A stretch of 64,000 nucleotides of DNA from Tubulanus polymorphus (taxonomy: Eukaryota; Animalia; Nemertea): positions 1 through 64,000 of the forward strand of contig NC_134032.1 in NCBI RefSeq assembly GCF_964204645.1. Reading direction: 5' to 3'. Below the pieces are notes generated by a model that saw nothing but the letters and a program-made list of their open reading frames with translations, made no database searches and was not told where the DNA came from. A program made the translations under genes and the position numbers. Positions 33,324-46,718 of the stretch are shown piece by piece; position 1 is the first letter of the stretch; each line of letters opens with the position of its first letter.

Positions 33324-36300
33324 TAAGATAGAATTCATCATCTTTGGGACCTTATTTAGCAAGAAAAATCTGTATCTTTCAGCCCATCTACTCGAAATCA
33401 GTTCAGTTTACCTTAACCTATCATTCCAGATCGAATCCATCATCTTCAGGAGCATTTAGTAGCCAGAAACTTCTTAATCTTTCCACCTATCTATTTGAAA
33501 TCAGTTCAATGCGCCTTAACCCATCTTTTCAGATTGAATCCATCATCTTTAGAACCAAAAGCAGCCAGAAAATTCTGAATCTTTCCACCTATCTATTTGA
33601 AATCAGTTCAATGCGCCTTAACCCATCTTTTCAGATTGAATCCATCAACTTCAGAAGGATAAGAAGCCAGAAAATTCTGAATCTTTCAACCAATCTATTG
33701 AAAATCAGTTCAGTACACCCTAACCCATCAATTAAGATAGAATTCATCATCTTCAGGACCGTATTTAGCAAGAAAAATCTGTATCTTTCAACCCATCTAT
33801 TCGAAATCAGTGCTGTTTACCTTAACCAATCATTTCAGATCGAATCCATCATCTTCAGGAGCATTTAGTAGCCAGAAAATTCTTAATCTTTCCACTTATC
33901 TATTAGAAATCAGTTCAATACGCCTAAACCCATCTTTTCAGATTGAATCCATCATCTTCAGAAACATAAGGAGCCAGAAAATTCTGAATCTTTCCTCCTA
34001 TCTATTTGAGATCAGTTCAATACGCCTTAACCCATCGTTTCAGATTGAATCCATCATCTTCAGAACCAAAAGCAGCCAGAAAATTCTGATTCTTTTAACC
34101 TATCTATTTGAAATCAGTTCAATACGCCTTAACCCATCGTTTCAGATTGAATCCATCATCTTCAGAACCAAAAGCAGCCAGAAAATTCTGATTCTTTCAA
34201 CCTATCTATTTGAAATATGTTCAATACGACTTAACCCATCTTTTCAGATTAAATCCATCATCTTCAGAACCAAAAGCAGCCAGAAAATTCTGATTCTTTC
34301 AACCTATCTATTTGAAATCAGTTCAATACGACTTAACCCATCTTTTCAGATTGAATCCATCATCTTTAGTACCAAAAGCAGCCAGAAAATTCTGATTCTT
34401 TCAACCTATCTATTTGAAATCAGTTCAATGCGTCTTAACCCATCTTTTCAGATTGAATCCATCATCTTCAGAACCGAAAGCAGCCAGAAAATTCTGAATC
34501 TTTCCACCTATCTATTTGAAATCAGTTCAATACGCCTTAACCCATCTTTTCAGATTGAATCCATCAACTTCAGAAGGATAAGAAGCCAGAAAATTCTGAA
34601 TCTTTCAACCAATCTATTGAAAATCAGTTCAGTACACCCTAACCCATCAATTAAGATAGAATTCATCATCTTCAGGACCGTATTTAGCAAGAAAAATCTG
34701 TATCTTTCAACCCATCTACTCGAAATCAGTTCAGTTTACCTTAACCTATCATTTCAGATCGAGTCTATCATCTTTAGTACCAAAAGCAGCCAGAAAATTC
34801 TGATTCTTTCAACCTATCTATTTGAAATCAGTTCAATGCGCCTTAACCCATCTTTTCAGATTGAATCCATCATCTTCAGAACCAAAAGCAGCCAGAAAAT
34901 TCTGATTCTTTCAACCTATCTATTTGAAATCAGTTCAATACGCCTTAACCCATCTTTTCAGATTGAATCCATCATCTTTAGTACCAAAAGCAGCCAGAAA
35001 ATTCTGATTCTTTCAACCTATCTATTTGGAATCAGTTCAATGCGCCTTAACCCATCTTTTCAGATTGAATCCATCATCTTTAGTACCAAAAGCAGCCAGA
35101 AAATTCTGATTCTTTCAACCTATCTATTTGAAATCAGTTCAATACGCCTTAACCCATCTTTTCAGATTGAATCCATCATCTTTAGTACCAAAAGCAGCCA
35201 GAAAATTCTGATTCTTTCAACCTATCTATTTGAAATATGTTCAATACGACTTAACCCATCTTTTCAGATTGAATCCATCAACTTCAGAAGGATAAGAAGC
35301 CAGAAAATTCTGAATATTTCAACCAATCTATTGAAAATCAGTTCAGTACACCCTAACCCATCAATTAAGATAGAATTCATCATCTTCAGGACCGTATTTA
35401 GCAAGAAAAATCTGTATCTTTCAACCCATCTATTCGAAATCAGTGCTGTTTACCTTAACCAATCATTTCAGATCGAATCCATCATCTTCAGGAGCATTTA
35501 GTAGCCAGAAAATTCTTAATCTTTCCACTTATCTATTAGAAATCAGTTCAATACGCCTAAACCCATCTTTTCAGATTGAATCCATCATCTTTAGTACCAA
35601 AAGCAGCCAGAAAATTCTGATTCTTTCAACCTATCTATTTGAAATCAGTTCAATGCGCCTTAACCCATCTTTTCAGATTGAATCCATCATCTTCAGAACC
35701 AAAAGCAGCCAGAAAATTCTGATTCTTTCAACCTATCTATTTGAAATCAGTTCAATACGCCTTAACCCATCTTTTCAGATTGAATCCATCATCTTTAGTA
35801 CCAAAAGCAGCCAGAAAATTCTGATTCTTTCAACCTATCTATTTGGAATCAGTTCAATGCGCCTTAACCCATCTTTTCAGATTGAATCCATCATCTTTAG
35901 TACCAAAAGCAGCCAGAAAATTCTGATTCTTTCAACCTATCTATTTGAAATCAGTTCAATACGCCTTAACCCATCTTTTCAGATTGAATCCATCATCTTT
36001 AGTACCAAAAGCAGCCAGAAAATTCTGATTCTTTCAACCTATCTATTTGAAATATGTTCAATACGACTTAACCCATCTTTTCAGATTGAATCCATCAACT
36101 TCAGAAGGATAAGAAGCCAGAAAATTCTGAATATTTCAACCAATCTATTGAAAATCAGTTCAGTACACCCTAACCCATCAATTAAGATAGAATTCATCAT
36201 CTTCAGGACCGTATTTAGCAAGAAAAATCTGTATCTTTCAACCCATCTATTCGAAATCAGTGCTGTTTACCTTAACCAATCATTTCAGATCGAATCCATC

Positions 36301-39300
36301 ATCTTCAGGAGCATTTAGTAGCCAGAAAATTCTTAATCTTTCCACTTATCTATTAGAAATCAGTTCAATACGCCTAAACCCATCTTTTCAGATTGAATCC
36401 ATCATCTTTAGTACCAAAAGCAGCCAGAAAATTCTGATTCTTTCAACCTATCTATTTGAAATCAGTTCAATACGCCTTAACCCATCTTTTCAGATTGAAT
36501 CCATCATCTTTAGTACCAAAAGCAGCCAGAAAATTCTGATTCTTTCAACCTATCTATTTGAAATATGTTCAATACGACTTAACCCATCTTTTCAGATTGA
36601 ATCCATCAACTTCAGAAGGATAAGAAGCCAGAAAATTCTGAATCTTTCAACCAATCTATTGAAAATCAGTTCAGTACACCCTAACCCATCAATTAAGATA
36701 GAATTCATCATCTTCAGGACCGTATTTAGCAAGAAAAATCTGTATCTTTCAACCCATCTACTCGAAATCAGTTCAGTTTACCTTAACCTATCATTTCAGA
36801 TCGAGTCTATCATCTTTAGTACCAAAAGCAGCCAGAAAATTCTGATTCTTTCAACCTATCTATTTGAAATCAGTTCAATGCGCCTTAACCCATCTTTTCA
36901 GATTGAATCCATCATCTTCAGAACCAAAAGCAGCCAGAAAATTCTGATTCTTTCAACCTATCTATTTGAAATCAGTTCAATACGCCTTAACCCATCTTTT
37001 CAGATTGAATCCATCATCTTTAGTACCAAAAGCAGCCAGAAAATTCTGATTCTTTCAACCTATCTATTTGGAATCAGTTCAATGCGCCTTAACCCATCTT
37101 TTCAGATTGAATCCATCATCTTTAGTACCAAAAGCAGCCAGAAAATTCTGATTCTTTCAACCTATCTATTTGAAATATGTTCAATACGACTTAACCCATC
37201 TTTTCAGATTGAATCCATCAACTTCAGAAGGATAAGAAGCCAGAAAATTCTGAATCTTTCAACCAATCTATTGAAAATCAGTTCAGTACACCCTAACCCA
37301 TCAATTAAGATAGAATTCATCATCTTCAGGACCGTATTTAGTAAGAAAAATCTGTATCTTTCAACCCATCTACTCGAAATCAGTTCAGTTTACCTTAACC
37401 TATCATTTCAGATCGAGTCTATCATCTTTAGTACCAAAAGCAGCCAGAAAATTCTGATTCTTTCAACCTATCTATTTGAAATCAGTTCAATGCGCCTTAA
37501 CCCATCTTTTCAGATTGAATCCATCATCTTTAGAACCAAAAGCAGCCAGAAAATTCTGAATCTTTCCACCTATCTATTTGAAATCAGTTCAATGCGCCTT
37601 AACCCATCTTTTCAGATTGAATCCATCAACTTCAGAAGGATAAGAAGCCAGAAAATTCTGAATCTTTCAACCAATCTATTGAAAATCAGTTCAGTACACC
37701 CTAACCCATCAATTAAGATAGAATTCATCATCTTCAGGACCGTATTTAGCAAGAAAAATCTGTATCTTTCAACCCATCTATTCGAAATCAGTGCTGTTTA
37801 CCTTAACCAATCATTTCAGATCGAATCCATCATCTTCAGGAGCATTTAGTAGCCAGAAAATTCTTAATCTTTCCACTTATCTATTAGAAATCAGTTCAAT
37901 ACGCCTAAACCCATCTTTTCAGATTGAATCCATCAACTTCAGAAGGATAAGAAGCCAGAAAATTCTGAATCTTTCAACCAATCTATTGAAAATCAGTTCA
38001 GTACACCCTAACCCATCAATTAAGATAGAATTCATCATCTTCAGGACCGTATTTAGCAAGAAAATTCTGTATCTTTCAACCCATCTATTCGAAATCAGTG
38101 CTGTTTACCTTAACCAATCATTTCAGATCGAATCCATCATCTTCAGGAGCATTTAGTAGCCAGAAAATTCTTAATCTTTCCACTTATCTATTAGAAATCA
38201 GTTCAATACGCCTAAACCCATCTTTTCAGATTGAATCCATCATCTTCAGAAACATAAGGAGCCAGAAAATTCTGAATCTTTCCTCCTATCTATTTGAGAT
38301 CAGTTCAATACGCCTTAACCCATCGTTTCAGATTGAATCCATCATCTTCAGAACCAAAAGCAGCCAGAAAATTCTGATTCTTTCCACCTATATATTTTAA
38401 ATCAGTTCAATACGCCTTAACCCATCTTTTCAGATTAAATCCATCATCTTCAGAACCAAAAGCAGCCAGAAAATTCTGATTCTTTTAACCTATCTATTTG
38501 AAATCAGTTCAATACGCCTTAACCCATCTTTTCAGATTGAATCCATCATCTTTAGTACCAAAAGCAGCCAGAAAATTCTGATTCTTTCAACCTATCTATT
38601 TGAAATATGTTCAATACGACTTAACCCATCTTTTCAGATTGAATCCATCATCTTTAGTACCAAAAGCAGCCAGAAAATTCTGAATCTTTCCACCTATCTA
38701 TTTGAAATCAGTTCAATGCGCCTTAACCCATCTTTTCAGATTGAATCCATCAACTTCAGAAGGATAAGAAGCCAGAAAATTCTGAATCTTTCAACCAATC
38801 TATTGAAAATCAGTTCAGTACACCCTAACCCATCAATTAAGATAGAATTCATCATCTTCAGGACCGTATTTAGTAAGAAAAATCTGTATCTTTCAACCCA
38901 TCTACTCGAAATCAGTTCAGTTTACCTTAAGCTATCATTTCAGATCGAGTCTATCATCTTCAGAACCAAAAGCAGCCAGAAAATTCTGATTCTTTCAACC
39001 TATCTATTTGAAATCAGTTCAATGCGCCTTAACCCATCCTTTCAGATTGAATCCATCATCTTTAGAACCAAAAGCAGCCAGAAAATTCTGATTCTTTCAA
39101 CCTATCTATTTGAAACCAGTTCAATACGACTTAACCCATCTTTTCAGATTGAATCCATCATCTTTAGTACCAAAAGCAGCCAGAAAATTCTGATTCTTTC
39201 AACCTATCTATTTGAAATCAGTTCAATGCGCCTTAACCCATCTTTTCAGATTGAATCCATCATCTTTAGAACCAAAAGCAGCCAGAAAATTCTGATTCTT

Positions 39301-42300
39301 TCAACCTATCTATTTGAAACCAGTTCAATACGACTTAACCCATCTTTTCAGATTGAATCCATCATCTTTAGTACCAAAAGCAGCCAGAAAATTCTGATTC
39401 TTTCAACCTATCTATTTGAAATCAGTTCAATGCGCCTTAACCCATCTTTTCAGATTGAATCCATCATCTTTAGAACCAAAAGCAGCCAGAAAATTCTGAA
39501 TCTTTCCACCTATCTATTTGAAATCAGTTCAATGCGCCTTAACCCATCTTTTCAGATTGAATCCATCATCTTTAGAACCAAAAGCAGCCAGAAAATTCTG
39601 ATTCTTTCAACCTATCTATTTGAAACCAGTTCAATACGACTTAACCAATCATTTCAGATCGAATCCATCATCTTCAGGAGCATTTAGTAGCCAGAAAATT
39701 CTTAATCGTTCCACTTATCTATTAGAAATCAGTTCAATACGCCTAAACCCATCTTTTCAGATTGAATCCATCAACTTCAGAAGGATAAGAAGCCAGAAAA
39801 TTCTGAATCTTTCAACCAATCTATTGAAAATCAGTTCAGTACACCCTAACCCATCAATTAAGATAGAATTCATCATCATCAGGACCGTATTTAGCAAGAA
39901 AAATGTGTATCTTTCAACCCATCTACTCGAAATCAGTTCAGTTTACCTTAACCTATCATTTCAGATCGAGTCTATCATCTTTAGTACCAAAAGCAGCCAG
40001 AAAATTCTGATTCTTTCAACCTATCTATTTGAAATCAGTTCAATGCGCCTTAACCCATCTTTTCAGATTGAATCCATCATCTTCAGAACCAAAAGCAGCC
40101 AGAAAATTCTGATTCTTTCAACCTATCTATTTGAAATCAGTTCAATACGCCTTAACCCATCTTTTCAGATTGAATCCATCAACTTCAGAAGGATAAGAAG
40201 CCAGAAAATTCTGAATCTTTCAACCAATCTATTGAAAATCAGTTCAGTACACCCTAACCCATCAATTAAGATAGAATTCATCATCTTCAGGACCGTATTT
40301 AGTAAGAAAAATCTGTATCTTTCAACCCATCTACTCGAAATCAGTTCAGTTTACCTTAACCTATCATTTCAGATCGAGTCTATCATCTTTAGTACCAAAA
40401 GCAGCCAGAAAATTCTGATTCTTTCAACCTATCTATTTGAAATCAGTTCAATGCGCCTTAACCCATCTTTTCAGATTGAATCCATCATCTTTAGAACCAA
40501 AAGCAGCCAGAAAATTCTGATTCTTTCAACCTATCTATTTGAAACCAGTTCAATACGACTTAACCCATCTTTTCAGATTGAATCCATCATCTTTAGTACC
40601 AAAAGCAGCCAGAAAATTCTGATTCTTTCAACCTATCTATTTGAAATCAGTTCAATGCGCCTTAACCCATCTTTTCAGATTGAATCCATCATCTTTAGAA
40701 CCAAAAGCAGCCAGAAAATTCTGAATCTTTCCACCTATCTATTTGAAATCAGTTCAATGCGCCTTAACCCATCTTTTCAGATTGAATCCATCAACTTCAG
40801 AAGGATAAGAAGCCAGAAAATTCTGAATCTTTCAACCAATCTATTGAAAATCAGTTCAGTACACCCTAACCCATCAATTAAGATAGAATTCATCATCTTC
40901 AGGACCGTATTTAGCAAGAAAAATCTGTATCTTTCAACCCATCTATTCGAAATCAGTGCTGTTTACCTTAACCAATCATTTCAGATCGAATCCATCATCT
41001 TCAGGAGCATTTAGTAGCCAGAAAATTCTTAATCTTTCCACTTATCTATTAGAAATCGGTTCAATACGCCTAAACCCATCTTTTCAGATTGAATCCATCA
41101 TCTTCAGAAACATAAGGAGCCAGAAAATTCTGAATCTTTCCTCCTATCTATTTGAGATCAGTTCAATACGCCTTAACCCATCGTTTCAGATTGAATCCAT
41201 CATCTTCAGAACCAAAGGCAGCCAGAAAATTCTGATTCTTTTAACCTATCTATTTGAAATCAGTTCAATACGCCTTAACCCATCTTTTCAGATTAAATCC
41301 ATCATCTTTAGTACCAAAAGCAGCCAGAAAATTCTGATTCTTTCAACCTATCTATTTGAAATCAGTTCAATACGACTTAACCCATCTTTTCAGATTGAAT
41401 CCATCATCTTCAGAACCAGAAGCAGCCAGAAAATTTTGATTCTTTCAACCTATCTATTTGAAATCAGTTCAATACGACTTAACCCATCTTTTCAGATTGA
41501 ATCCATCATCTTCAGAACCAGAAGCAGCCAGAAAATTCTGATTCTTTCAACCTATCTATTTGAAATCAGTTCAATACGACTTAACCCATCTTTTCAGATT
41601 GAATCCATCATCTTCAGAACCAGAAGCAGCCAGAAAATTCTGATTCTTTCAACCTATCTATTTGAAATCAGTTCAATACGACTTAACCCATCTTTTCAGA
41701 TTGAATCCATCATCTTTAGTACCAAAAGCAGCCAGAAAATTCTGATTCTTTCAACCTATCTATTTGAAATCAGTTCAATACGACTTAACCCATCTTTTCA
41801 GATTGAATCCATCATCTTCAGAACCAGAAGCAGCCAGAAAATTCTGATTCTTTCCACCTATCTATTTGAAATCAGTTCAATACGCCTTAACCCATCTTTT
41901 CAGATTGAATCCATCATCTTTAGTACCAAAAGCAGCCAGAAAATTCTGATTCTTTCAACCTATCTATTTGGAATCAGTTCAATGCGCCTTAACCCATCTT
42001 TTCAGATTGAATCCATCATCTTCAGAACCAGAAGCAGCCAGAAAATTCTGATTCTTTCAACCTATCTATTTGAAATCAGTTCAATACGACTTAACCCATC
42101 TTTTCAGATTGAATCCATCATCTTCAGAACCAAAAGCAGCCAGAAAATTCTGATTCTTTCAACCTATCTATTTGAAACCAGTTCAATACGACTTAACCCA
42201 TCTTTTCAGATTGAATCCATCATCTTTAGTACCAAAAGCAGCCAGAAAATTCTGATTCTTTCAACCTATCTATTTGAAATCAGTTCAATGCGCCTTAACC

Positions 42301-45300
42301 CATCTTTTCAGATTGAATCCATCATCTTTAGAACCAAAAGCAGCCAGAAAATTCTGAATCTTTCCACCTATCTATTTGAAATCAGTTCAATGCGCCTTAA
42401 CCCATCTTTTCAGATTGAATCCATCATCTTTAGAACCAAAAGCAGCCAGAAAATTCTGATTCTTTCAACCTATCTATTTGAAACCAGTTCAATACGACTT
42501 AACCAATCATTTCAGATCGAATCCATCATCTTCAGGAGCATTTAGTAGCCAGAAAATTCTTAATCGTTCCACTTATCTATTAGAAATCAGTTCAATACGC
42601 CTAAACCCATCTTTTCAGATTGAATCCATCAACTTCAGAAGGATAAGAAGCCAGAAAATTCTGAATCTTTCAACCAATCTATTGAAAATCAGTTCAGTAC
42701 ACCCTAACCCATCAATTAAGATAGAATTCATCATCATCAGGACCGTATTTAGCAAGAAAAATGTGTATCTTTCAACCCATCTACTCGAAATCAGTTCAGT
42801 TTACCTTAACCTATCATTTCAGATCGAGTCTATCATCTTTAGTACCAAAAGCAGCCAGAAAATTCTGATTCTTTCAACCTATCTATTTGAAATCAGTTCA
42901 ATGCGCCTTAACCCATCTTTTCAGATTGAATCCATCATCTTCAGAACCAAAAGCAGCCAGAAAATTCTGATTCTTTCAACCTATCTATTTGAAATCAGTT
43001 CAATACGCCTTAACCCATCTTTTCAGATTGAATCCATCAACTTCAGAAGGATAAGAAGCCAGAAAATTCTGAATCTTTCAACCAATCTATTGAAAATCAG
43101 TTCAGTACACCCTAACCCATCAATTAAGATAGAATTCATCATCTTCAGGACCGTATTTAGTAAGAAAAATCTGTATCTTTCAACCCATCTACTCGAAATC
43201 AGTTCAGTTTACCTTAACCTATCATTTCAGATCGAGTCTATCATCTTTAGTACCAAAAGCAGCCAGAAAATTCTGATTCTTTCAACCTATCTATTTGAAA
43301 TCAGTTCAATGCGCCTTAACCCATCTTTTCAGATTGAATCCATCATCTTTAGAACCAAAAGCAGCCAGAAAATTCTGATTCTTTCAACCTATCTATTTGA
43401 AACCAGTTCAATACGACTTAACCCATCTTTTCAGATTGAATCCATCATCTTTAGTACCAAAAGCAGCCAGAAAATTCTGATTCTTTCAACCTATCTATTT
43501 GAAATCAGTTCAATGCGCCTTAACCCATCTTTTCAGATTGAATCCATCATCTTTAGAACCAAAAGCAGCCAGAAAATTCTGAATCTTTCCACCTATCTAT
43601 TTGAAATCAGTTCAATACGACTTAACCCATCTTTTCAGATTAAATCCATCATCTTCAGAACCAAAAGCAGCCAGAAAATTCTGATTCTTTCAACCTATCT
43701 ATTTGAAATATGTTCAATACGACTTAACCCATCTTTTCAGATTGAATCCATCATCTTTAGTACCAAAAGCAGCCAGAAAATTCTGATTCTTTCAACCTAT
43801 CTATTTGAAATATGTTCAATACGACTTAACCCATCTTTTCAGATTGAATCCATCATCTTCAGAACCAAAAGCAGCCAGAAAATTCTGATTCTTTCAACCT
43901 ATCTATTTGAAATCAGTTCAATGCGTCTTAACCCATCTTTTCAGATTGAATCCATCATCTTCAGAACCGAAAGCAGCCAGAAAATTCTGAATCTTTCCAC
44001 CTATCTATTTGAAATCAGTTCAATACGCCTTAACCCATCTTTTCAGATTGAATCCATCAACTTCAGAAGGATAAGAAGCCAGAAAATTCTGAATCTTTCA
44101 ACCAATCTATTGAAAATCAGTTCAGTACACCCTAACCCATCAATTAAGATAGAATTCATCATCTTCAGGACCGTATTTAGCAAGAAAAATCTGTATCTTT
44201 CAACCCATCTACTCGAAATCAGTTCAGTTTACCTTAACCTATCATTTCAGATCGAGTCTATCATCTTTAGTACCAAAAGCAGCCAGAAAATTCTGATTCT
44301 TTCAACCTATCTATTTGAAATCAGTTCAATGCGCCTTAACCCATCTTTTCAGATTGAATCCATCATCTTCAGAACCAAAAGCAGCCAGAAAATTCTGATT
44401 CTTTCCACCTATCTATTTGAAATCAGTTCAATACGCCTTAACCCATCTTTTCAGATTGAATCCATCATCTTTAGTACCAAAAGCAGCCAGAAAATTCTGA
44501 TTCTTTCAACCTATCTATTTGAAATATGTTCAATACGACTTAACCCATCTTTTCAGATTGAATCCATCAACTTCAGAAGGATAAGAAGCCAGAAAATTCT
44601 GAATCTTTCAACCAATCTATTGAAAATCAGTTCAGTACACCCTAACCCATCAATTAAGATAGAATTCATCATCTTCAGGACCGTATTTAGCAAGAAAAAT
44701 CTGTATCTTTCAACCCATCTATTCGAAATCAGTGCTGTTTACCTTAACCAATCATTTCAGATCGAATCCATCATCTTCAGGAGCATTTAGTAGCCAGAAA
44801 ATTCTTAATCTTTCCACTTATCTATTAGAAATCAGTTCAATACGCCTAAACCCATCTTTTCAGATTGAATCCATCATCTTTAGTACCAAAAGCAGCCAGA
44901 AAATTCTGATTCTTTCAACCTATCTATTTGAAATCAGTTCAATACGCCTTAACCCATCTTTTCAGATTGAATCCATCATCTTTAGTACCAAAAGCAGCCA
45001 GAAAATTCTGATTCTTTCAACCTATCTATTTGAAATATGTTCAATACGACTTAACCCATCTTTTCAGATTGAATCCATCAACTTCAGAAGGATAAGAAGC
45101 CAGAAAATTCTGAATCTTTCAACCAATCTATTGAAAATCAGTTCAGTACACCCTAACCCATCAATTAAGATAGAATTCATCATCTTCAGGACCGTATTTA
45201 GCAAGAAAAATCTGTATCTTTCAACCCATCTATTCGAAATCAGTGCTGTTTACCTTAACCAATCATTTCAGATCGAATCCATCATCTTCAGGAGCATTTA

Positions 45301-46718
45301 GTAGCCAGAAAATTCTTAATCTTTCCACTTATCTATTAGAAATCAGTTCAATACGCCTAAACCCATCTTTTCAGATTGAATCCATCATCTTCAGAAACAT
45401 AAGGAGCCAGAAAATTCTGAATCTTTCCTCCTATCTATTTGAGATCAGTTCAATACGCCTTAACCCATCGTTTCAGATTGAATCCATCATCTTCAGAACC
45501 AAAAGCAGCCAGAAAATTCTGATTCTTTTAACCTATCTATTTGAAATCAGTTCAATACGCCTTAACCCATCGTTTCAGATTGAATCCATCATCTTCAGAA
45601 CCAAAAGCAGCCAGAAAATTCTGATTCTTTTAACCTATCTATTTGAAATCAGTTCAATGCGCCTTAACCCATCTTTTCAGATTAAATCCATCATCTTCAG
45701 AACCAAAAGCAGCCAGAAAATTCTGATTCTTTCAACCTATCTATTTGAAATCAGTTCAATACGACTTAACCCATCTTTTCAGATTGAATCCATCATCTTT
45801 AGTACCAAAAGCAGCCAGAAAATTCTGATTCTTTCAACCTATCTATTTGAAATATGTTCAATACGACTTAACCCATCTTTTCAGATTGAATCCATCATCT
45901 TTAGTACCAAAAGCAGCCAGAAAATTCTGATTCTTTCAACCTATCTATTTGAAATCAGTTCAATGCGCCTTTACCCATCTTTTCAGATTGAATCCATCAA
46001 CTTCAGAAGGATAAGAAGCCAGAAAATTCTGAATCTTTCAACCAATCTATTGAAAATCAGTTCAGTACACCCTAACCCATCAATTAAGATAGAATTCATC
46101 ATCTTCAGGACCGTATTTAGCAAGAAAAATCTGTATCTTTCAACCCATCTATTCGAAATCAGTGCTGTTTACCTTAACCAATCATTTCAGATCGAATCCA
46201 TCATCTTTAGGAGCATTTAGTAGCCAGAAAATTCTTAATCTTTCCACTTATCTATTAGAAATCAGTTCAATACGCCTAAACCCATCTTTTCAGATTGAAT
46301 CCATCATCTTCAGAAACATAAGGAGCCAGAAAATTCTGAATCTTTCCTCCTATCTATTTGAAATCAGTTCAATACGCCTTAACCCATCGTTTCAGATTGA
46401 ATCCATCATCTTCAGAACCAAAAGCAGCCAGAAAATTCTGATTCTTTTAACCTATCTATTTGAAATCAGTTCAATACGCCTAAACCAATCTTTTCAGATT
46501 GAATCCATCAACTTCAGAAGCATAAGTAGCCAGAAAATTCTGAATCTTTCAACCAATCTATTGAAAATTAGTTCAGCACACCCTAACCCATCAATTAAGA
46601 TAGAATTCATCATCTTTAGGACCATATTCAGCTAAAAAAATCTCTGATTCTTTCAACCTATCTATTTGAAATCAGTTCAATACGCCTAAACCCATCTTTT
46701 CAGATTGAATCCATCATC
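33324..46718. repeat. 102-bp satellite array (about 130 units) with several monomer types in irregular higher-order arrangement
   Basis: Unit AACCCATCTTTTCAGATTGAATCCATCATCTTCAGAACCAAAAGCAGCCAGAAAATTCTGATTCTTTCAACCTATCTATTTGAAATCAGTTCAATACGCCTT; occasional 103-bp units. Confidence 0.98.

Noticed and set aside
33344-46635. Long 34-aa-repeat ORFs (up to 770 aa), superficially like a repeat protein
   Set aside because: A 102-bp unit lacking stops in one frame gives these automatically. Recurrent 103-bp units break the frame, many variants are non-synonymous, and there is no unique N- or C-terminus.
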